Part shown: one piece after another, positions 20,033 to 29,367 of the stretch
Layout: every line of letters begins with the position of its first letter
Numbering within the stretch: the first letter of the stretch is position 1
NCBI GenBank assembly: GCA_002683655.1
Contig: NYTS01000060.1
Coordinates: 1 to 51,525 of the forward strand
Direction: 5' to 3'
Length of the DNA stretch: 51,525 nt
Source: Deltaproteobacteria bacterium
Lineage (GTDB): Bacteria; SAR324; NAC60-12
Notes under the pieces: generated by a model
The model's input: only the letters and a program-made list of their open reading frames with translations
Told to the model about the DNA's origin: nothing
The model's database searches: none
Translations under genes and position numbers: made by a program

Positions 20033-22321
20033 CTAATCAATCTTAGGAATTTTAAATGATTTTAGGCGTTGTGCATTGCTGACCACAGAGATTGAACTGA
20101 GAGCCATTGCAAGTGCTGCCCACTCTGGATTGAGGTTGATTCCCCAAGCACTGAAAGCCCCTGCCGCGAGGGGAATACTAAAAATGTTATAGCCAAAAGC
20201 CCAAAATAAATTTTGTTTTATGTTCTTAATCGTTTCTCGGCTTAACAGAAGTAGCCCAGCTAGATGCCGTAAATCATTTTTCATTAGTACAGCATCCGAG
20301 GTTTCCAAGGCCAGACCCGTTCCACTCCGAAGAGTAACCCCGACATCGGCATTCGTTAATGAAAGCGCATCATTCATGCCGTCACCCACAAATAGTACCA
20401 ATTGTTTCTGATCTTGCCATTGCTGAATTTTAGTAGCTTTTTCCAGTGGTGATAACCCAGCCTCCCAATTCGTGACTCCTAGTTTAAGTGCAGTTGAATG
20501 AACTGCTTTGGAGCGGTCACCTGAAAGAATAGCTATCTCTCTACCCTGTCTTTTAGCGAATTTTACAAAAGATTTGCTCTCAGTTCGTAATTCATCCTGG
20601 CACTCCAATAATCCAATCCAGCATCCATCCCGAACAACATGCACCAGAGTAGATGCCTGATCAGGTATCTTTATATTTTCAGGCACATTGAGTCCTGACT
20701 CCTTAAGCCACTTTTCACTACCGAGTTGAATGAGTTGGTTTTGAACTTTTGCCTGCACACTTAAGCCAGAAATTGCCAGAAATTCCTCAGCTTTTAAAAG
20801 TACTAAGGACCGTTGTTTGGCAGCGTTGATAATGGCTTGAGCAAGAGGATGCTCAGATGAATTTTCAACTGAAGCGGCAAGAGTCAGAACCTCTGATTCT
20901 GTGATATTTGGTGCAGTTTGCATTTTATGAAGTTGGGGCTTCCCATAAGTCAAGGTGCCAGTTTTATCGAGAGCAATAATTTTAGCCTTTGCAGCCCACT
21001 CCAAAGAACTTGCATTACGCATCAGTACCCCGTTGCGCGCTCCTGTAGTAGTCGCCACCAAAATGGCGACTGGGGTAGCCAATCCAAGTGCACATGGGCA
21101 CGCAATCACTAGCACAGCAATGCTATGTTCAAGAATTTGAGGCCAACTTGCCCCAAGAGAATACCATGTTCCACAGGTGAGTAGCGCAATCAAAAGAACA
21201 AATTTGACGAAATGTCCTGAAAATTGATCGACTAGTCGGGCTATGGGAATCTTATCATTTTGGGCGCCTATCACATTTTGAATGATTTGCTGTAGCGCTG
21301 TATCAGGACCTACTTTTTGGACCTCAACAAGGAGCGTTCCCTGTTGATTAATTGTACCTGCTTGTATGAAGTCACCAATTGATTTCTCGATGGGAAAACT
21401 TTCGCCAGTCATCATCGATTCATCTAGACTGCTGTACCCATCTTTGACTAAACCGTCAGCCGGGACTCGATCTCCTGGTCGCAAGCGGATTAGATCGCCC
21501 TTGACCAATATTTCGCTCTGAACTTCACGCTCAATTTCACCTTGAACTAACCAAGCTTTTGATGGCTGGAGTAACCATAATTCTCTGATTGCAATTGTAG
21601 CTTTGTTGCGGCTTTTTCCCTCCAGATACCTGCCAATCAGAATCATGGTTATAATCACTCCAGCAGTCTCTAAGTAGAGCGGTGCATCGCTGAGTGAAGT
21701 TCCTTGCAGAATTGATGTGAAGCTGACAAAGCTCCAGAGTAGTGCTGACCCTGTCCCAAGGGCAACCAAAGTGTCCATGTCAGGATTTCCTCCCAATAGA
21801 GAACGAAAACCATTCCTGTAGAAATCCCAACCAGCCCAAAGTATCGGAAGGATCAGCATCCACTGAGCAAGTACATAGGCCGTTGGGGATTCTGATGGAT
21901 CCAGAAAGGCGGGCAATTGCAGGTTTACCATCGGGCCCATGGCCAATACGAGTAAAGGCAGTGTTCCAACTAGCGCCCACTTCCAGTTGCAACTTTCTTG
22001 TGAAGAATCTGGGAATGAAAGTGAGCTAAAATTACTAGACTGAAGCCTTTGTGGGGAATAACCTTTTTGAGAAAGTAAATTCTGAATTTCGTTATTTGAT
22101 AATCGATCAGAATCGTACTCAACTCTGCAGTTTGATAAGGCTAGATTGACTTCTGCATTCTCAACTCCACTCAATTCTTTCAATGCGTTCTCGATCGATC
22201 GCACACAGCCTGCACAGCGTACATTCTGAAGTTGATACTGAGCAAAAGCTTTAGAATCTTTTGCAGCGAACTCTTTGGTTTCCTGAATATCTTGTTTGGA
22301 TTCAAGAATGATTGATGACAT
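20033..22321 (-). CDS. copA: Copper-translocating P1B-1 ATPase
   Basis: N-terminal HMA domain with CAGC; TGES, CPC, DKTGT, SEHPL and GDG.ND; YN and MALSS transmembrane ligands. Confidence 0.93.
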   Translation of the reverse strand: MSSIILESKQDIQETKEFAAKDSKAFAQYQLQNVRCAGCVRSIENALKELSGVENAEVNLALSNCRVEYDSDRLSNNEIQNLLSQKGYSPQRLQSSNFSSLSFPDSSQESCNWKWALVGTLPLLVLAMGPMVNLQLPAFLDPSESPTAYVLAQWMLILPILWAGWDFYRNGFRSLLGGNPDMDTLVALGTGSALLWSFVSFTSILQGTSLSDAPLYLETAGVIITMILIGRYLEGKSRNKATIAIRELWLLQPSKAWLVQGEIEREVQSEILVKGDLIRLRPGDRVPADGLVKDGYSSLDESMMTGESFPIEKSIGDFIQAGTINQQGTLLVEVQKVGPDTALQQIIQNVIGAQNDKIPIARLVDQFSGHFVKFVLLIALLTCGTWYSLGASWPQILEHSIAVLVIACPCALGLATPVAILVATTTGARNGVLMRNASSLEWAAKAKIIALDKTGTLTYGKPQLHKMQTAPNITESEVLTLAASVENSSEHPLAQAIINAAKQRSLVLLKAEEFLAISGLSVQAKVQNQLIQLGSEKWLKESGLNVPENIKIPDQASTLVHVVRDGCWIGLLECQDELRTESKSFVKFAKRQGREIAILSGDRSKAVHSTALKLGVTNWEAGLSPLEKATKIQQWQDQKQLVLFVGDGMNDALSLTNADVGVTLRSGTGLALETSDAVLMKNDLRHLAGLLLLSRETIKNIKQNLFWAFGYNIFSIPLAAGAFSAWGINLNPEWAALAMALSSISVVSNAQRLKSFKIPKID

Positions 22322-22358
22322 TTTTCTCTAAGGAAAGTTAGGTGTTGAAGATCAATTA

Positions 22359-22387
22359 TTTATACCCCCTATGGGTATATTCGTCAA
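22359..22387 (-). promoter_or_regulatory. Sigma70-type copA promoter overlapped by a CsoR operator
   Basis: Minus strand reads TTGACG (22387-22382), N17, TATAAA (22364-22359). The inverted repeat TATACCC-cctat-GGGTATA at 22361-22379 matches the known C/G-tract CsoR operator type. Confidence 0.85.
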
Positions 22388-22533
22388 TATTCTTAAATAG
22401 ATCTGGCCTCAACTTATAATTTTGAAACGATTCAGCTTCTCTGAATTTTAGTTTCTCGTTGATTGTTTTTGAAATCATTTAATAATTCTGAAGTCTTCTT
22501 AAATTATTTAGAATCTGAAATCGGAGCGATGGA

Positions 22534-23625
22534 ATGCAGGAAGGTGTGTTGGTTTTGAAATCTGGTGAAGTATTTGAAGGCTGGCTTCATAGCACAGGAG
22601 GGTCCTCACAAGGAGAGGTGATTTTCAATACATCAATGACGGGCTATCAAGAAATTCTAACAGATCCATCCTATTCTGGTCAGATAGTCACGATGACATA
22701 CCCCCATATTGGAAATTATGGGATCAATCCTGACGACATGGAGTCAACAAAGGTACATGCCCAAGGTTTGATCGTGAAAGAACTCAGCCTCATTCCAAGT
22801 AATTGGCGGAGTTCAAAGCCGCTTGGAGCATGGTTGATGGAGCATGGTGTGACCATTTTGGAAGGAATTGATACGAGAGCGCTTGTTAAGAGAATTAGAA
22901 CAGGCGAGTGCAACGGATTGATCGCAGGAAAGCCTGAAAATCCCGAAGCTCTTGAGAAATTACGAAAGAAAGCTGCGAATCTTCAATCGATGGAAGGTCA
23001 AAATTGGGCAGATCAGGTTTCTACAAAAAAAGCTTATGATTGGGAGATTTTGAATGATGTTAAATTTCAAATAGTCGCCTACGATTTTGGAATTAAACAC
23101 AATATTTTGCGTCTGATGGCCAACCTAGGAATGCAAGTGAGAGTGGTTCCATCATCTACTCCTGCTGCGCTAGCTTTAGAGCAACGCCCTGATGGAGTCT
23201 TTTTATCAAATGGGCCAGGAGATCCAGCTGTTGTGAAGGGCGCAATTGAGAATGTGAAAGCGCTACTTGGAAAAGTTCCAATTTTTGGAATTTGTCTCGG
23301 GCATCAGATTCTTTCACTGGCTTTGGGATGTCGAACCTACAAATTGGAATGTGGTCACCACGGCGCAAACCACCCTATTATGGATTACCAAACCAATAAG
23401 ATTGAGATTGCTAGTCACAATCATGGGTTTGCAGTAGATGAGTCGAAGCTGCCAAAAGGTGTACAGGTCACTCATCGGAATCTGAGTGACGAAACAATTG
23501 CAGGGATTGAATCGACCAATTTTTCTGCTTATTCGGTCCAGTACCATCCTGAAGCTGCTCCAGGTCCCCATGATTCGCAGTATCTCTTCCAAAGATTTGT
23601 GGAGATGATGCAAAGCAATAATTAG
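22534..23625 (+). CDS. carA: Carbamoyl-phosphate synthase small subunit
   Basis: Motifs GEVIFNTSMTGYQE.LTDPSY, LSNGPGDP, GICLGHQ and QYHPEA.PGPHD. Confidence 0.96.
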   Translation: MQEGVLVLKSGEVFEGWLHSTGGSSQGEVIFNTSMTGYQEILTDPSYSGQIVTMTYPHIGNYGINPDDMESTKVHAQGLIVKELSLIPSNWRSSKPLGAWLMEHGVTILEGIDTRALVKRIRTGECNGLIAGKPENPEALEKLRKKAANLQSMEGQNWADQVSTKKAYDWEILNDVKFQIVAYDFGIKHNILRLMANLGMQVRVVPSSTPAALALEQRPDGVFLSNGPGDPAVVKGAIENVKALLGKVPIFGICLGHQILSLALGCRTYKLECGHHGANHPIMDYQTNKIEIASHNHGFAVDESKLPKGVQVTHRNLSDETIAGIESTNFSAYSVQYHPEAAPGPHDSQYLFQRFVEMMQSNN

Positions 23626-23646
23626 CTGTTAACTTAGAGTTTGTCC

Positions 23647-24633
23647 TCAGAACCAATCCTTTTGCTTCAGGAACCAACCAATCCCTATACCAATTACTAG
23701 CATAAACAAGAGAACCATTGGGTAGCCGAATTCCCATCCTAGCTCTGGCATGTGCTGAAAATTCATTCCGTATATCCCAGCAATGAGAGTCAGCGGCATG
23801 AAGATTGTTGAAATCACAGCCAAGACCTTCATCTTGTCATTCGTTTTCTGACTCATCAGCGACAAATACAGATCGATCATTCCTGAAAGAATTTCTCGGT
23901 CAGCTTTCACAAATTCGAGCACTTGCTGGGAATGATCTTGAACATCTCTCAAATACATCAAATTTTCTTCACGAAACCACTCGCTGTAATCATCATATAA
24001 TTCTCCAACAAGACTACGCACAGAGGGCATCACCCTAGCGACGGAGATCATTTGTCTACGAAGTCTGTAAACCTCCTGCAAAAGTTGGGGGTCAGGTTTC
24101 TCACTGAGAGTATCCTCCATGAGAATGAGGCTAACGCGGATCTCATCAAGAAAATCAAGGTGCTGATCCACCAACAGATCCAAAACAGCACAAAATAAAA
24201 AATCTGGATGCAAATCACGATAGTGAGACCTTTTCCCACGCCGTATCCTTTGTCTGACTGGCTCTAGGAGGTCTTTCTCTGAACTCGCAAAAGTAACCAA
24301 GTCATTTTCTCTCCAAAGAATATTAATCTGTTTGCGTGTTACCTCCATCCTCTCGGGATTCCAACTGAAAGTGGGAACAGTTACCAGTAGGAGCTGTCCT
24401 GGGTCATCTAGTTCAGGTCTTTGATTCTGATGGACAATATCTTCAACTAGAAGTGGGTAGAGTCCAAAGTAATTACCAACATCCTCAATCACTTCCCTGT
24501 CATTCAAGTGCTCATATCCGTACCAGCGAAGCGCAATTGGACGTTCAGTGAAGTTAGAAAGGTCTGAGGAAATAATGAAACTTTCTGAGTAGAAGCCATT
24601 TTTTGCTTCAAGACATCTGAGTTCTGGAATCAA
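23647..24633 (-). CDS. corA: Magnesium/cobalt transporter CorA
   Basis: GIYGMNF..MPEL signature and two C-terminal TM helices. Confidence 0.92.
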   Translation of the reverse strand: MIPELRCLEAKNGFYSESFIISSDLSNFTERPIALRWYGYEHLNDREVIEDVGNYFGLYPLLVEDIVHQNQRPELDDPGQLLLVTVPTFSWNPERMEVTRKQINILWRENDLVTFASSEKDLLEPVRQRIRRGKRSHYRDLHPDFLFCAVLDLLVDQHLDFLDEIRVSLILMEDTLSEKPDPQLLQEVYRLRRQMISVARVMPSVRSLVGELYDDYSEWFREENLMYLRDVQDHSQQVLEFVKADREILSGMIDLYLSLMSQKTNDKMKVLAVISTIFMPLTLIAGIYGMNFQHMPELGWEFGYPMVLLFMLVIGIGIGWFLKQKDWF

Positions 24634-25031
24634 TAAAAAATGATGAATGTGTTTAACGATTTAATAACCCATTTAAATACTGCAAATAATTATAAATTCA
24701 GGAAGGTGATTGTTCTGAATAGCTTTTAAAATATCTTAGCTTTATTGATGTTGCTGGATTCAGATAGTAGCCGGGTCGAATTTCAGGTCGTTTAGTCAGG
24801 AATAAATAGTGTTTTGATAATCAACAAAGTGTTCGAGTTTAAGTTCATAAAATTATTCATTAAAAAAGAATATTTGATATCTAATTAGACTACAAAAATA
24901 AATTCAAATTAGAAATAAAAATTTGATTTTTCGGTTCATTTTGAAAACTCAAAATCATTCAGGTAGTGGCTTGTACCTTGCTTGAATGTGCTAACAAATC
25001 TCATTCCCTAATTTAAAGCGTTCATAAGACA

Positions 25032-27620
25032 ATGAGCATTTCTCTAAGTCATTTTACTCTGAAAGCTGAAGAAACATTATTGAAAGCACAGCAAATGGCG
25101 TCGGAGGGCCGTCAAGCCAAGGTAGAGCCAGAGCACCTGCTTTTAAGTCTTCTGGAGCAGAATGATCCCATGACAGAGTTTTGCTTGGATAAGCTCCAGT
25201 TAGAAAATGGAATTATTCAGCAAAAGCTCCAACTGCAGATAAGAGACTTCCCAAAAGAACAGGAGTATTCAGCGCAGACATTCATTTCAAGATCTCTGCA
25301 CGGAATCATTTTGAGTGCTGAGAAAGAAGCAACTTTGCTGAATGAAACTTACACTAATGTTGATCATCTTTTATTGGGTTTGCTGAACTTTCAGGAGGGT
25401 TTTTTGGGGGAGATTTGGAACAATCTGGGTGCTTCCGCAGATTATTTGAGAAAAGAATTATCTGGCCTCTCCAAAGCAGAACAAGTTATTGTTCAAGGCA
25501 GTAAATTGTCTGAATCAGCAATCGAAGATTATTGTTTGGATTTGGTTGCCATGGCTCGATTGGGTGAATTGGACCCCGTAATTGGAATGGAGGAGGAAAT
25601 TCGGAATCTTATTCAAGTTTTATCTCGCCGAACAAAGAATAACCCGGTTTTGTTTGGAGAAGCTGGTGTGGGCAAAACCGCTATTGTCGAGTGCCTCGCT
25701 CAGCGAATAGTTCGAGGAGATGTGCCTGCGTGGTTGAAAGATCGTAGATTAGTCTCTCTAGATCTGGCCACAATGATTGCAGGTACTACCTACAGAGGTG
25801 AGTTCGAGAAAAGGATGAAACAACTTATTCGAGAAGTTGAGGAATCCAGAGGGCGAATTCTACTTTTTATTGATGAGTTACACATGTTGGTTGGGGCAGG
25901 TGGTGCCGAAGGAAGTGTCGATGCTGCAAATATGCTAAAGCCCGCACTTGCCAGGGGGCGCTTACGGTGTATTGGGGCAACAACCCTAAAAGAATACAAG
26001 AAGTATATTGAGAAAGATGCGCCCCTCGCCAGAAGGTTTCAGCCTATCCTTGTACGTGAACCAAGTATTGATGAAACAATCACAATTTTGAGAGGTTTGA
26101 GGCAAAGCTATCAATCTCATCATGGCGTCGTTATCCAGGATGATGCTCTGATATCTGCCGCGCAACTTTCAGAGCGATACTTGCGTGAGCGATTCTTACC
26201 TGATAAGGCGATTGACCTTGTGGATGAAGCAGCTGCTAGTCTTCGATTGCAAATGGACTCCATGCCCATTGCCTTGGATAATCTGGAAAGGAGACTAAGC
26301 CAGATTCTCAACCAGATAAATACCCTTCGTCGTGAGAAAGACGAGAAATCGATTCAGCAAAGAAACTCACTAGTCCTCCAAGCTGAGCAGCTGCAGACTC
26401 AACAGCAGATGTTGCAGAGAAAATGGAAGGATGAACGGTTACTTGTAGAGAGGATCCGCCAACTGCGTCAGGCGATCACAGAAACTCGTCAAGCAGAATG
26501 GGAAGCTCAACGTGATGGAGATTTAGATTTAGCAGCCAAACTTCATTACGAAACTTTAGATCAACTGGAAGCACAACTTCAAGAGGCCGATTCTAATCTC
26601 AATCGGCGCGAAGAGCGTTTAGTAAAAGAGGAGGTTGACGCAGAAGATATTGCACAGGTGGTTTCCAGAAGAACAGGAATTCCGATTCACCGAATGCTTG
26701 CGGATGAGAAGGAAAAACTAGTGAGGTTGGAGGAATTTCTTGTACAAAGAATCATGGGGCAAAGTGAGGCGTTGTCACGAGTGGCGAGTGCTATTCGACG
26801 TAGCCGAGCCGGTGTTCAAGATCCCCAAAGACCCATTGGCTCATTCATTTTCATGGGAAGCTCTGGTGTCGGCAAAACTGAATTAGGATTAGCCCTCGCT
26901 AACTTTTTATTCGATGATGATAAGTCTCTGATTCGGTTTGATATGTCTGAGTACATGGAAAAGCAGTCAGTGAATAGGTTACTGGGTGCAGATCCTGGAT
27001 ATGTCGGATTTGAGGAAGGAGGGCTTTTAACAGAAAAGGTTCGCCAATCTCCCTACTCAGTTCTACTCTTTGATGAAATTGAAAAAGCGCACATCGATAT
27101 CTTTAATTTGTTCCTCCAGATTTTGGATGATGGTCAATTGACTGACAGCCAGGGTAGACGTGCTGATTTTCGTAATACGCTGATCATTATGACCACCAAC
27201 ATCGGGCACGATTTGATGCGAGAGGATCGTAAAAAGAAAGATGTCAACGATCTTCAGAAAGAAGCTCGGCAGCTTTTATTGAATCATTTTAGACCAGAAT
27301 TTCTAAATAGAATTGACGAGATCATTACATTTAAAAACCTCTCGCTGTCGCATATTCGCCATATCTGTCGGCTGCAACTTGAGCAGTTACAAACTCGACT
27401 AACTTCTCAAGGAATACAGTTAGATATGACTGAAGCAGCTGAAGTCTATCTCGCACAGCGAGGCTACGACCCTGTTTTTGGCGCAAGGCCAATGAAAAGG
27501 ACCCTCCAAAGAGATGTTCAAGACCCTATCGCAATCCGACTTCTCGACGGAGAACTCCAGTCAGGGATGACAATCCAGTTAGATGCCTCCCAAAATAAAC
27601 TGCATTTCAAAATCAGCTGA
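25032..27620 (+). CDS. clpB: ClpB-family AAA+ disaggregase (divergent)
   Basis: Clp N-domain; two AAA modules (GEAGVGKT/FIDELH and GSSGVGKT/FDEIEK); coiled-coil M domain; no IGF loop. Confidence 0.88.
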   Translation: MSISLSHFTLKAEETLLKAQQMASEGRQAKVEPEHLLLSLLEQNDPMTEFCLDKLQLENGIIQQKLQLQIRDFPKEQEYSAQTFISRSLHGIILSAEKEATLLNETYTNVDHLLLGLLNFQEGFLGEIWNNLGASADYLRKELSGLSKAEQVIVQGSKLSESAIEDYCLDLVAMARLGELDPVIGMEEEIRNLIQVLSRRTKNNPVLFGEAGVGKTAIVECLAQRIVRGDVPAWLKDRRLVSLDLATMIAGTTYRGEFEKRMKQLIREVEESRGRILLFIDELHMLVGAGGAEGSVDAANMLKPALARGRLRCIGATTLKEYKKYIEKDAPLARRFQPILVREPSIDETITILRGLRQSYQSHHGVVIQDDALISAAQLSERYLRERFLPDKAIDLVDEAAASLRLQMDSMPIALDNLERRLSQILNQINTLRREKDEKSIQQRNSLVLQAEQLQTQQQMLQRKWKDERLLVERIRQLRQAITETRQAEWEAQRDGDLDLAAKLHYETLDQLEAQLQEADSNLNRREERLVKEEVDAEDIAQVVSRRTGIPIHRMLADEKEKLVRLEEFLVQRIMGQSEALSRVASAIRRSRAGVQDPQRPIGSFIFMGSSGVGKTELGLALANFLFDDDKSLIRFDMSEYMEKQSVNRLLGADPGYVGFEEGGLLTEKVRQSPYSVLLFDEIEKAHIDIFNLFLQILDDGQLTDSQGRRADFRNTLIIMTTNIGHDLMREDRKKKDVNDLQKEARQLLLNHFRPEFLNRIDEIITFKNLSLSHIRHICRLQLEQLQTRLTSQGIQLDMTEAAEVYLAQRGYDPVFGARPMKRTLQRDVQDPIAIRLLDGELQSGMTIQLDASQNKLHFKIS

Positions 27621-27630
27621 AAGCTGATTT
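27610..27630 (+). terminator. Hairpin overlapping the clpB stop codon, possible weak terminator
   Basis: AAATCAGCT-gaa-AGCTGATTT, a 9-bp stem with only a short U tract. Confidence 0.3.
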
Positions 27631-27760
27631 ACCAAAGATCAACCCTTCCATTAGTCTTTGCTGCCATTAATTTTATCTGTGATTTCAAGTTGCTTGAGCT
27701 TTCCACTCAGGCTGTAAATACTGTTCGAGAATAATCCCAAACCTTTAATAAGTTGCTAAG

Positions 27761-28327
27761 ATGCGGTTCTTTTTTTTGACTTTCTTTTGTACATGGTCGT
27801 TTGTCTCAACAGCTGTCAGTTTAGGTGTTTACGAAACAATTGGGGGAGATTTTGAGTTAAACAGTACCCTAGGTAAGAAAATTGGGCCTCAGAGCTTTAG
27901 AGGAAAGGTACTACTGGTTTTTTTTGGATATACATCTTGCCCGGATATATGCCCAATTACTCTAACAACCATCAAAGATGCTCTGGAAAACCTAGAACCG
28001 AACGAAGTAGAGCATGTACAACCTCTTTTCATCTCAGTTGATCCAGAGAGAGATACGTTGGAAGGAATGAAACCATTTTTGACATATTTTCATTCATCAC
28101 TTGTTGGTGTGACTGGCAGTAAAGAGGAATTGAAAGCAGTCACAAAGAAGTTTGGATCTGCCTACATAAAGGATACTCGTTCCGATTCAGCGGCTGACTA
28201 TCTAATTGCACATTCTGGCTATATTTATCTCATGGACCAGCAGGGGAGAACACGAGCACTCTATAGGACTTCCAACAAAGCTGAAGAAATGGTGGAAGGA
28301 ATCCGCAAGTTACTGCGCGAAGAATGA
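27761..28327 (+). CDS. SCO1/SenC family copper chaperone
   Basis: FFGYTSCPDICP (CxxxC), FISVDPERD and the conserved His in YLIAHSG; N-terminal signal/anchor. Confidence 0.93.
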   Translation: MRFFFLTFFCTWSFVSTAVSLGVYETIGGDFELNSTLGKKIGPQSFRGKVLLVFFGYTSCPDICPITLTTIKDALENLEPNEVEHVQPLFISVDPERDTLEGMKPFLTYFHSSLVGVTGSKEELKAVTKKFGSAYIKDTRSDSAADYLIAHSGYIYLMDQQGRTRALYRTSNKAEEMVEGIRKLLREE

Positions 28328-29367
28328 AATTTTTTAAATTTTCACCTAGAACGAAGATGCAAATTCTTATTTTGGGTATTCTGGCTCTATGGGGTGGGTA
28401 TACTGCAATCCCAAATAATGAAGAAAGTATAAAAAATCAGTTTGTCTTGGCTGCTGGAGATAACGAAGAAGTTTGTTTGACGGTCTATCAAGACCAAGGA
28501 TTGAATTTAACTTTTACAGCCTCTGAGCCAATTTATTATGACATCCATACCCACCATGAAGACGAGGTGAGTTACCATAGATATGAAAATTTAACGGTAC
28601 ACTCCAAAAGTGAACTCAACCCGAATAAAAAAGACTACTTCTGTGCCCAATGGAAAAATCAAGGACAAGTTGAAGTAGAGGTGGTTTACCAATTAGAAGT
28701 TAAACCAGCGAGCCCAGATGGGAAATATCTTCGGAGAAATGTTGTTTTTAGGGTCGATCAAAATTCTCTCAAAACGATTCAAGTTTTTGAGGAAAATTCT
28801 CAAAATTTGCTTAGCAGTTTTAATTTTCGATCAGAGGTACAGAACTTTGCTCTAAGTGCCGCTGAAGATCAATTGGCAGTCCTTCTGGCTGGAGAGGTTC
28901 AATTTATCAACGTTCAAGATGGATCAATGCTCAAGCGCATCTCAGTCAATGATTTTCCAAGTTTCCTAAGCTTGAGCAAAAGCAGCGAAAACTTGCTGCT
29001 TGGAAATGAACATCAACCAAAGATTTATTTAATAAATCTCAACAATTTTGAGCGAACTGAACTTTTAGTTCCCGCACCACCAAAATCTATTCTGAACGAT
29101 ATGAATTCTGAGGATATGCTGGTTCGAACTGAGGATGAAGTTCTGCGTGTAAGTATTTCCCCATTTCAGATTGTAGAAAGACAAGCAAGGATCCCGCTCA
29201 AAATTGGCGAGGAGGTTCAATTGGCAGATCCCTACGCCTGGTGCTTTGTCCACGGAGTGCCTCACCCACTTTTTGCCCCAGTGTCCCACGCTATGAGCGA
29301 AGCCGGTTTACCTGGCTCGTGGTTACAGCCAATCAATCAGGATAACCTCCAGGCATCATCAAAATGA
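28324..29367 (+). CDS. Uncharacterised exported protein: His/Cys beta-sandwich plus partial beta-propeller
   Basis: N-terminal hydrophobic segment; EEVC...YYDIHTHH...DYFCAQWKN; propeller-like blades (NFALSAAEDQLAV, LSLSKSSENLLL); WCFVHGVPHP. ATGA overlaps with both neighbours. Confidence 0.65.
   Translation: MKFFKFSPRTKMQILILGILALWGGYTAIPNNEESIKNQFVLAAGDNEEVCLTVYQDQGLNLTFTASEPIYYDIHTHHEDEVSYHRYENLTVHSKSELNPNKKDYFCAQWKNQGQVEVEVVYQLEVKPASPDGKYLRRNVVFRVDQNSLKTIQVFEENSQNLLSSFNFRSEVQNFALSAAEDQLAVLLAGEVQFINVQDGSMLKRISVNDFPSFLSLSKSSENLLLGNEHQPKIYLINLNNFERTELLVPAPPKSILNDMNSEDMLVRTEDEVLRVSISPFQIVERQARIPLKIGEEVQLADPYAWCFVHGVPHPLFAPVSHAMSEAGLPGSWLQPINQDNLQASSK

Noticed and set aside
24968-25004. CIRCE or sigma32 promoter upstream of clpB (TGTGCTAA half-site; CTTGAA)
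   Set aside because: The left CIRCE arm is absent, and the -10 match (TCTCAT, 12-bp spacer) is weak.
27683-27711. HspR HAIR-like dyad CTTGAGC-N5-ACTCAGG upstream of sco
   Set aside because: The spacer is 5 rather than 7, the arms are imperfect, and it lies downstream of clpB rather than upstream.
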